Part shown: piece after piece, positions 8,461-15,383 of the stretch
Numbering within the stretch: the stretch's first letter is position 1
Layout of the letters: each line of letters starts with the position of its first letter
Source: Burkholderiales bacterium
GTDB lineage: Bacteria; Pseudomonadota; Gammaproteobacteria; Burkholderiales; Burkholderiaceae_C
DNA length: 64,000 nt
Assembly: GCA_030604135.1 (NCBI GenBank)
Contig: JAUVWL010000007.1
Span: forward strand, 92,279-156,278
Direction: 5' to 3'
Program-made: the position numbers and the translations under genes
Notes under the pieces: model-generated
Database searches by the model: none
What the model saw: the letters and a program-made list of their open reading frames with translations, nothing else
Told to the model about the DNA's origin: nothing

Positions 8461-8966
8461 AAAAGAGCATGGTTTTGATCGCGCTGCTCACCCTTGGATC
8501 TGCGCCGGCCTGGGCCGTCAACAAGTGCACCGGTCCTGATGGCAAGGTGGTTTTTCAGGATGCACCATGTTCTGGGAGAGGGGAGACCATCATTGTTCGA
8601 CCTGCCTCGGGCTCGGCTCCTGCACGGGCAGAGGCCATGCCAGGTGCAATGACCGAGGCCCAGCGAATCGAGGCAGCGGTGGCAGAGAGCCAGAAGGACA
8701 GGCGCCGTCGCGAACTGGTTGAGCGTGAAGTGCCCGCAGCTGCGAGCGCTATTCAGGTGAACATCAATCAGTGCCAGGAAGAACAGGACCGGCTGGAGCG
8801 CAGCAAGGGTCAGTACGTGCAGAACCTGTACGGTAAAACGGACGCTGCTCAAAAGGCGGCCGAGCAAGCTGCATCGGCCGCACGGTGCAACACCAAGGAT
8901 CGTGAGCTCCGCGAGAGGCACGCACTACTTTTGGCCGAATGCCGAAAGCTTGGGGGGTGCCCCTGA
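8457..8966 (+). CDS. secreted DUF4124-type protein with coiled-coil C-terminus (169 aa)
   Basis: Signal peptide MKKSMVLIALLTLGSAPAWA, then VNKCTGPDGKVVFQDAPC. ATGA overlap with the upstream gene. Confidence 0.7.
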   Translation: MKKSMVLIALLTLGSAPAWAVNKCTGPDGKVVFQDAPCSGRGETIIVRPASGSAPARAEAMPGAMTEAQRIEAAVAESQKDRRRRELVEREVPAAASAIQVNINQCQEEQDRLERSKGQYVQNLYGKTDAAQKAAEQAASAARCNTKDRELRERHALLLAECRKLGGCP

Positions 8967-8967
8967 T

Positions 8968-9672
8968 ATGAGCCTCAATCACCAAAATTGGGTTACCTGC
9001 ATTGGTCTTGAGAGCCGTGGCAAGTCCCGACCCTTTGGGCTCAGATTTCTGCCCACGACGCTTCTCATGTTCACCTTCATCGTCACCGTTGCCGCGTCCC
9101 CATCTGCTTGGGCAGTCAACAAATGCACCGGGCCCGACGGCAGGGTGGTGTTCCAGGATGCGCCATGCGCCGCCACTGCCAAAAAGTCCGAAACGGTGAA
9201 GACCTGGGACAGCAACCTAAGTGGCCGCTCCACGCGAGGCACGTGGGAATTCCGCCGCACCAAAGATGACATGACCGGCCGCACTGGGTGTCTCGTTATT
9301 TCGCCTGTAACGACCCCCGAGCCGAAAGGCGACTTCAAGTTCATTCCGGTCAATCTGGCGATCTCGGTTGCCCCTACTGGCACTGTCTTCGGGGTGCGCA
9401 CCAGCACGGACAAGGACCTGTTCCACAACGATATCAACGGGATGGGGGTCAAGCTAGACAACCTTGACTTCGTCGCCCTCGATATCAAGGGCGGGCAGCA
9501 TGTCATGGGCAGCTCGAAGGGACCGCAGCTCATTGAGTCACTGTCTTCGGCCCGCACCGTTCGTCTTCGCCTGCGGTTCTGGCCCTATGACACGCTCTAT
9601 GACACGATGGCTATCGACACTGCAGGCTTCGCGCAGGCCTTCGCGCAGGCAAAGTCGTGTGCGGGCATGTGA
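8968..9672 (+). CDS. secreted DUF4124-type protein with unrelated ~150-aa C-terminal domain (234 aa)
   Basis: Hydrophobic leader …LLMFTFIVTVAASPSAWA, then VNKCTGPDGRVVFQDAPC (paralogous to 8457). Starts 2 nt after the previous stop. Confidence 0.7.
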   Translation: MSLNHQNWVTCIGLESRGKSRPFGLRFLPTTLLMFTFIVTVAASPSAWAVNKCTGPDGRVVFQDAPCAATAKKSETVKTWDSNLSGRSTRGTWEFRRTKDDMTGRTGCLVISPVTTPEPKGDFKFIPVNLAISVAPTGTVFGVRTSTDKDLFHNDINGMGVKLDNLDFVALDIKGGQHVMGSSKGPQLIESLSSARTVRLRLRFWPYDTLYDTMAIDTAGFAQAFAQAKSCAGM

Positions 9673-9762
9673 CCTTCTAGAGTTGCTCAAGCAGCTGGGT
9701 GATGCAAGCAGGTGTGGTCGTTCGGCGTTGACCAACAAGAAAGCTGAAACTGGAGGAATCCG

Positions 9763-10749
9763 ATGGACCTGGTGATCCGCAGCGAGGAAGATGCGTGGCT
9801 TGCACTAGAACGAGCCACCTCTGGAGATGGTTTCCAGGATGATGTGCACCTGGTCTGTGACGGATGGCCAGTGTTCAAGATGGACGTCAAAGGGAAAGAC
9901 TGGAGCAGCACAGTTCCGACCCGAATCATGTCGCCGTTCCTGGATGTGCAGCGCGATATCAACCGGGCATACGCGAGTGTTCGCTATGGGACCCCAAACC
10001 TTCGTAAACTCAAGGACGAAGAGCGAGACGACATCGAGGTCGTTGTCAAGGTCGGCGAAGGCTCGTCTCTCTTCGATGCTGAACTATGGAAGCAGCTGAA
10101 CACCATCGCGGAGGCAGCTGTTCTGCGTATGAATGGAAACCAGGTTGTCATCACCGTTCTTGGCATTGGCCTGATGCTCACGGCGCCGGTCCTGTACAGG
10201 GCATGGCTCGCTCATCGCCAGCGCGAGAAGGAGATGGAGACGCAGATTGCGCTGTCAGACCGTGAGACCGAGCGGATGAGGATTTTTGCCGAAGCCCTCG
10301 GAAGGCAGCCCATTCTGGAGGCGACCAAGGAAGACATTTCCGACACGCGCAATCGAATGTTGAAGGTGGTCCGCCCTGGCGACGTGATGACAACTGGAAC
10401 GGTACCCGTCCCAGCAGAGGAAGCCGCGGCCTTGGTTCATCCAGAGCGCGCACGCGCCGAGGACCACTTCATGGAGGGCGAGTTTGTCGTGCTTGGCAAT
10501 CGAACGGACAAGGGTGAGGGGTTCAGGATCACCTTGCGGAGTTTGGAAAACGACATGACGCTGCAGGCTGATGTGCCGCCGGAGCTCCCCTACCACCAGC
10601 AGCAGCTGATCCAGGATGCCGAGTGGGGAAAAAAGAAGGTCCTGCTTAGCATCAACGCTTCCCTGCTGCGAGGCAAGGTGAGTGACGCTGTGGTGATAAG
10701 CGCCAGAGAGGCATCCGACGCGGGTGCTTCAAGCCAGGCAACCCGCTGA
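9763..10749 (+). CDS. single-pass membrane protein of unknown function (328 aa)
   Basis: GGAGGA SD. Central TM VVITVLGIGLMLTAPVLYRAWL between two soluble domains. Third codon positions are more A/T-rich than in flanking genes. Confidence 0.7.
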   Translation: MDLVIRSEEDAWLALERATSGDGFQDDVHLVCDGWPVFKMDVKGKDWSSTVPTRIMSPFLDVQRDINRAYASVRYGTPNLRKLKDEERDDIEVVVKVGEGSSLFDAELWKQLNTIAEAAVLRMNGNQVVITVLGIGLMLTAPVLYRAWLAHRQREKEMETQIALSDRETERMRIFAEALGRQPILEATKEDISDTRNRMLKVVRPGDVMTTGTVPVPAEEAAALVHPERARAEDHFMEGEFVVLGNRTDKGEGFRITLRSLENDMTLQADVPPELPYHQQQLIQDAEWGKKKVLLSINASLLRGKVSDAVVISAREASDAGASSQATR

Positions 10750-10750
10750 A

Positions 10751-10808
10751 ACACTGCCCTCGGCCCAAATACGCCATCGCGCGCGCACGGCATCCTGCCG
10801 TGCATGCC
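10751..10808 (+). promoter_or_regulatory. late-operon leader element, copy 1 (before the lysis cassette)
   Basis: ACACTGCCCTCGGCCCAAATAC…CGCGCGC plus hairpin GCACGGCA-TCC-TGCCGTGC, directly followed by ATG 10804. About 50 of 58 nt identical to copy 3 at 26500. Confidence 0.6.
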
Positions 10809-11286
10809 TACCCAGAACCCCACCTCTGCTGAGCGCCGGCTCTCGCCGCACTTCACCCTCGCTGAGCTGACGGTCAGCCAAACGGCCGCCAGGCGCGGCA
10901 TCCGCAATGCGCCAGTGGGCACGGCCCTGGCCAACCTGCAGCGCCTGGCGCTGTTCCTGGAGCAGGTGCGCCGGGTTCTGTTGAACTCGCCCATATTGGT
11001 CAGCTCGGGCTACCGGTCACAGGCGCTGAACAACCTCATTGGAGGGGCGTACAACTCGGCCCACACGCGCGGCCTAGCGGTCGACTTCATCGCCCCGCGC
11101 TTTGGCACGCCCAAGCAGATCGTGGCGGCCATCCGGGACAGCTCTCTGCAGTTTGACCAGGTCATCCATGAGGGTACGTGGGTGCACCTGGCCATAGCGG
11201 AGGAGAGCAAGATGCCCCGCCGCGAGGTGCTGACCGCCGTGTTCCGGGGTGGAATGCCCACGCAGTACCTCAAGGGTCTGGCATGA
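10804..11286 (+). CDS. peptidase M15-family endolysin (160 aa)
   Basis: Peptidase_M15_3-like motifs (SGYRS…NSAHTRGLAVDF…H). First gene of the lysis cassette. Confidence 0.85.
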   Translation: MPTQNPTSAERRLSPHFTLAELTVSQTAARRGIRNAPVGTALANLQRLALFLEQVRRVLLNSPILVSSGYRSQALNNLIGGAYNSAHTRGLAVDFIAPRFGTPKQIVAAIRDSSLQFDQVIHEGTWVHLAIAEESKMPRREVLTAVFRGGMPTQYLKGLA

Positions 11287-11705
11287 GCGGGGTCAAGCTG
11301 ATCCCCGACTGGCGCCTGGCCTGGCGGTTCCTGAGCGTGCAGGCCGCCATGCTGCTGGCTCTGCTCTCGGGTATCCAGGCCGAGGTGCTGCCGCTGGTGG
11401 CGCCGCTGTTTCCCGACAGCAAGTGGCCGATCATCTCGGGTGGCCTCGCCTTGCTGGTGGTGCTGCTGCGCCTGCTGGCACAAGATGGCCTGGCCACGGC
11501 TCGCGCCGAGATAGAGCTCGATGCGCTCGAGGCCCAAACCGATCGCGTGCCACTGGACCAGCACATGCCTGTGCCCGCGCCTTCAGGTCAGATGCTGCCT
11601 TCTGGCCGCTTCGAACGCTGGCTGGGCGCTGTCGTGCTGGTGCTGATTGTGTTGTTTGTCTGCGCCTTGGCGGCCTTCACCTGGTTTGTCTGGGGGATCA
11701 GGTGA
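11283..11705 (+). CDS. holin-like membrane protein (140 aa, 3 predicted TM)
   Basis: ATGA overlap with the endolysin. Hydrophobic helices at about 15-32, 50-68 and 112-138. Confidence 0.6.
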   Translation: MSGVKLIPDWRLAWRFLSVQAAMLLALLSGIQAEVLPLVAPLFPDSKWPIISGGLALLVVLLRLLAQDGLATARAEIELDALEAQTDRVPLDQHMPVPAPSGQMLPSGRFERWLGAVVLVLIVLFVCALAAFTWFVWGIR

Positions 11706-12259
11706 GCTGGTGGTCTTTGGCCCCCTACCTCATGGCCGCAGGGCTGACTTCGGCCGTCGTCTGGCCCATGGCGCGCGCGCCTGTGCAGCTGCAGCTGGCC
11801 GATCTGCGCACCGAGCACGCACAGCTGCGTGAATCTCACGCAGAGTCGCTCAGGCTGGCGGCCATGGCCAGCGCCCAGCGGCTGGAACAAGCCCAGGCCC
11901 GCGGCAACCATTTGACCAAGAAGCTGCAGGCGGCCGAACGGGCCAACACCCAGCTGACCCAGGAGAAAAAGCATGCACTCAAGGCTGCAACTGATGGCCG
12001 CGCCTGTCTGTCTGATCGTGCTCTGCGCGTGCTCGACGGCGCCACCGGCCTCACCGTTTCCGGTCTATCTGAGCTGCCCACGCCCACTGGAGACGCTGCT
12101 GCAGAGGGTGGATCCGTTGCCACCGATTCCGACCTCGCGCAGTGGGCCCTTGAAGCCGGAAGCCGATTCGAGTCCTGCCGCGAACGCCTTGACGCCCTGA
12201 TCGACTGGCACCTGACCCCCACAACCACCGAAGAGCCCCAAAGAGAGCCAGCCGAATGA
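11702..12259 (+). CDS. Rz-like i-spanin (DUF2514-like, 185 aa, GTG start)
   Basis: GTGA overlap with the holin stop. N-terminal TM WWSLAPYLMAAGLTSAVVW, then a long coiled coil. Confidence 0.7.
   Translation: MSWWSLAPYLMAAGLTSAVVWPMARAPVQLQLADLRTEHAQLRESHAESLRLAAMASAQRLEQAQARGNHLTKKLQAAERANTQLTQEKKHALKAATDGRACLSDRALRVLDGATGLTVSGLSELPTPTGDAAAEGGSVATDSDLAQWALEAGSRFESCRERLDALIDWHLTPTTTEEPQREPAE
11973..12200 (+). CDS. Rz1-like o-spanin lipoprotein embedded in the +1 frame of the Rz-like gene (75 aa)
   Basis: Lipobox-like VLCAC, Pro-rich mature part. Entirely inside 11702-12259, as in lambda Rz/Rz1. Confidence 0.55.
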   Translation: MHSRLQLMAAPVCLIVLCACSTAPPASPFPVYLSCPRPLETLLQRVDPLPPIPTSRSGPLKPEADSSPAANALTP

Positions 12260-12615
12260 CCTTGCAGATCGAACTCCCTCAACTGATTGCCATCGCGGTG
12301 GCTTTGCTTGGCGCCTTCGCTGGCCTGCTAAAGCTGCTCTTGGGCCAGCAGGTGCGACACATCGACGCGTCGTTTCAGGCTCAGAACGTGCGCTTGGACC
12401 AGATCGAGGCGACCAACCGCGCGGAGGCAGGCAACTGGCAGCGCATCGAGCGCGAGCTGATGGGGCTCAAGGCCGAACTGCCGCTTTCATACGTGCGTAG
12501 AGACGACTACATCCGCGGCCAGAGCGTGCTGGAGGCCAAGCTCGACGGGCTGGCCACCAAGATCGAAAACGCCCAACTGCGTGGCCTCATGCCCAACACC
12601 GGAGTCGCCAAGTGA
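12256..12615 (+). CDS. DUF2730-like membrane/coiled-coil protein (Mu gp25-like position, 119 aa)
   Basis: N-terminal TM, coiled coil. ATGA overlap upstream. Confidence 0.6.
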   Translation: MTLQIELPQLIAIAVALLGAFAGLLKLLLGQQVRHIDASFQAQNVRLDQIEATNRAEAGNWQRIERELMGLKAELPLSYVRRDDYIRGQSVLEAKLDGLATKIENAQLRGLMPNTGVAK

Positions 12616-12935
12616 ACCCGCAACTTCCCATGCCCGACCTGGCCCGCGTGCGCCGCGAGGCCCTGCGCTGGCTGATCCTGCTGACGCTGAACAATGCCCG
12701 TCCGCTGGGCTGCGCCGAAGGGCCCATCTTGAGCGTGGCCCAGACGCAGTACCCGGATGCCTCGCCACTGGAGATCCGCCGAGAGCTGGACTATCTGGAC
12801 GATCGCCAGCTGGTCGAGATCAAGAAGGCACCCTCCGGTCCCTGGCACGCCGAGCTGACGCGACACGGCGTGGATGTGGCCGAATACACCGTCGACGTTG
12901 AGCCCGGCATCGCCCGCCCGGCCAAGTACTGGTGA
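12612..12935 (+). CDS. small winged-helix-like phage protein (107 aa)
   Basis: GTGA overlap. Pattern RREALRWLILLTLNNARP…IRRELDYLDDRQLVEI. Confidence 0.55.
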   Translation: MNPQLPMPDLARVRREALRWLILLTLNNARPLGCAEGPILSVAQTQYPDASPLEIRRELDYLDDRQLVEIKKAPSGPWHAELTRHGVDVAEYTVDVEPGIARPAKYW

Positions 12936-12940
12936 CACCC

Positions 12941-13528
12941 ATGGGCCGCAAATCCAGCGTCAGCCGCCTGCCGGCCGAGGTCAAGAGCTACATCGAGGCC
13001 ATGCTCGCCACCGGCGCACAGACCCTCGACGAGCTGATCGCCGACCTGAGAGAGCGCTTCCCGGCCGAAGCCAAGGCCGGCGATCTGCCCAGCCGCAGTG
13101 CGTTGCACCGCTACGGCAGCAAGCTCGATCGCCGCCTGGCCGCCATCAGGGCCAGCACCGAGGCCGCCAAGCTCATCCAGGCCCAGGCTGGCGACGACCA
13201 GGACGCCCGCAGCGAGGCACTGACCGCCCTGGTGCAGACCGAGCTGTTCGAGGCCATCCTGGCGCTGCAGGAGGCCGACGACGTGGATCTGCCCGAAGGC
13301 GCCAGCGCCGACGAGATCGCATCTGCCCGGGTCGACCTGCTCAGCAAGGCGGCCCGCAACATCGCCACGCTCACCCGCTCCAGCATCGGCCTCAAGAAGT
13401 TCCAGTCCGAAGTCCGCGCCAAAGCCCAGGCCGCCGCCGACACCGTCGACAAGCTCGCCAAGAAAGGCGGCCTCACCGCCGACACCGCCGCGCAGATTCG
13501 CCGCGAGATCCTTGGCATCGCCGTCTGA
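12941..13528 (+). CDS. Mu gp27-like small terminase subunit (DUF3486-like, 195 aa)
   Basis: MGRKSSVSRLPAEVKSYIEAMLATGAQTLDELIADL is typical of DUF3486 proteins. Lies upstream of the large terminase. Confidence 0.7.
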   Translation: MGRKSSVSRLPAEVKSYIEAMLATGAQTLDELIADLRERFPAEAKAGDLPSRSALHRYGSKLDRRLAAIRASTEAAKLIQAQAGDDQDARSEALTALVQTELFEAILALQEADDVDLPEGASADEIASARVDLLSKAARNIATLTRSSIGLKKFQSEVRAKAQAAADTVDKLAKKGGLTADTAAQIRREILGIAV

Positions 13529-13577
13529 CCGCTGCTCGCCACACCTCAACCTGTTGTCAACCACAAGGAGCCGCGCC

Positions 13578-13820
13578 ATGAACTTCCCCGACCTGCGCCC
13601 CCAGACCTTCGGCCAGAAAGCCGTGGGCTTGCAGTTCAACCCCAGCAACCAGGACGACGTGGTCTTGGCCAAGGCCGAAGCCGCCGCCCTGATCGACCGC
13701 GCCCACCAGCTGCGCCAGAACACCGAAAACCCGGAGATCAAGCGCATGGCCTCGCTGGCGATCACGCACGCGCAGGAAGCCCAGATGTGGCTGGTCAAGG
13801 CCCAGACCTGGAAGGACTGA
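13578..13820 (+). CDS. small helical protein of unknown function (80 aa)
   Basis: AAGGAG SD. MNFPDLRPQTFGQKAVGLQFNPSNQDD…RMASLAITHAQEAQMWLVKAQTWKD. Confidence 0.6.
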   Translation: MNFPDLRPQTFGQKAVGLQFNPSNQDDVVLAKAEAAALIDRAHQLRQNTENPEIKRMASLAITHAQEAQMWLVKAQTWKD

Positions 13821-13827
13821 GCGCCCA

Positions 13828-15363
13828 ATGACCGACGCGGCCCTCGTCCCCTTCGAAGTCCCGAACACCGCGCTCCTGCCGGTGCCGGGCGCCGTGCTCA
13901 TGGGCTACCAGCAGCGCTGGGTGGCCGACCGCTCGCCGCTGAAGGTGATGGAGAAAAGCCGCCGCACGGGTATCACCTGGGGCGAGGCGTCCGACAACGT
14001 GCTGACCGCCGCCAGCGAGCGCACGGCGGGCGGGCAGAACGTCTACTACATCGCCTACAACCAGGACATGACCATCGAGTACATCCAGGCCTGCTCGATG
14101 TGGGCTCGGGTGTTCAACTACGCGGCCGGCGAGATCGAAGAGGGCATCTGGGACGACGAGGCCGACGCCGACAAGGCCATCAAGACGTACACGATCAAGT
14201 TCCCCTCGGGCTTCCGCATCGTCGCGCTGTCCAGCCGGCCAAGCAACCTGCGCGGACGCCAGGGCGTGATCGTGATCGACGAAGCCGCCTTCCACGACCA
14301 GCTCAAGGAATTGCTCAAGGCAGCGCTGGCCATGCTGATCTGGGGCGGCCAGGTGCACGTCATCAGCACCCACAACGGCGACGACAACCCGTTCAATGAG
14401 CTGATCACCGACATCCGCGCCGGCCGCCGCGCCGGCACCGTGCACCGCGTCGACTTCCAGGAAGCCGTGGCCGACGGCCTGTACCAGCGCGTGTGCATGC
14501 GCCTGGGCAAGCCCTGGACCGAGCCCGACCAGGCCGTCTGGGTGGCCGGCGTGTACAGCTTCTACGGCGAGGGCGCGGCCGAGGAGCTGGACTGCATCCC
14601 CGCCAACGGCTCGGGCGCCTGGCTCTCGCGCGCCCTGATCGAAAGCCGAATGAGCGCCGACACGCCCGTGCTGCGCTGGGCCTGCAAGCCCGGCTTCGAG
14701 CTGCTCTCCGACCACATTCGCGCCGCCGAATGTCGCGACTGGCTCGAAGGCCAGATGCTTCCGCATCTGGAGCGCCTACCGCCCGAGGCGCTCAGCTTTG
14801 ATGGCGAAGACTTCGGCCGCTCCGGAGACCTCTCGGTGCACGTGCCGCTGATCCAGCACCAGAACCTGGTGCGCCGCGTGCCGTTCACCGTGGAACTGCG
14901 CAACGTGCCCTTCCGCCAACAGGAGCAGGTTGCCTTCTATCTGCTTGACCGCCTGCCGCGCTTCATGGGTGGGGCCTTCGACGCCCGGGGAAACGGGCAG
15001 GCTCTCGCTGAGTTCGCCATGCAACGCTACGGCGCCACGCGCATCCAGCAGATCATGCTCAGCGAGAGCTGGTACCGAGAACACATGCCACCGGTCAAGG
15101 CCGCCCTGGAAGACGGCAACCTTGTCGATTTGCCCAAAGACGCCGACACACTGGCCGACCTGCGCGCGGTGCAGGTGGTGCGTGGCGTGCCGCGCATCCC
15201 CGACGTGCGCACCAAGGGCGAAGACAAGGGCAAACGCCACGGCGACGCGGCCGTGGCCGTGGCCCTGGCGTACTACGCCAGCCGCGAGCTGAACGCCGGG
15301 CCGGTCACCGTGGGCAGCCGCCAGCGCAAGGGCAGCATTCGCAGCCAGCTGGCCGGTTACTGA
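13828..15363 (+). CDS. large terminase subunit, Mu gp28-like (511 aa)
   Basis: Size and position. Walker-B-like GVIVIDEAAF and a C-terminal nuclease-like region. Confidence 0.85.
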   Translation: MTDAALVPFEVPNTALLPVPGAVLMGYQQRWVADRSPLKVMEKSRRTGITWGEASDNVLTAASERTAGGQNVYYIAYNQDMTIEYIQACSMWARVFNYAAGEIEEGIWDDEADADKAIKTYTIKFPSGFRIVALSSRPSNLRGRQGVIVIDEAAFHDQLKELLKAALAMLIWGGQVHVISTHNGDDNPFNELITDIRAGRRAGTVHRVDFQEAVADGLYQRVCMRLGKPWTEPDQAVWVAGVYSFYGEGAAEELDCIPANGSGAWLSRALIESRMSADTPVLRWACKPGFELLSDHIRAAECRDWLEGQMLPHLERLPPEALSFDGEDFGRSGDLSVHVPLIQHQNLVRRVPFTVELRNVPFRQQEQVAFYLLDRLPRFMGGAFDARGNGQALAEFAMQRYGATRIQQIMLSESWYREHMPPVKAALEDGNLVDLPKDADTLADLRAVQVVRGVPRIPDVRTKGEDKGKRHGDAAVAVALAYYASRELNAGPVTVGSRQRKGSIRSQLAGY

Positions 15364-15383
15364 GAGAGAAACGGGCTTACACC

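Noticed and set aside
8979-9557. Minus-strand ORFs inside the accessory region (8364-8921, 8979-9557, 10590-10994), which might have encoded an antisense toxin or regulator
   Set aside because: - Their translations are Ser/Arg/Pro-rich with no start context.
- The plus-strand genes have signal peptides, conserved DUF4124 modules and SD sites.
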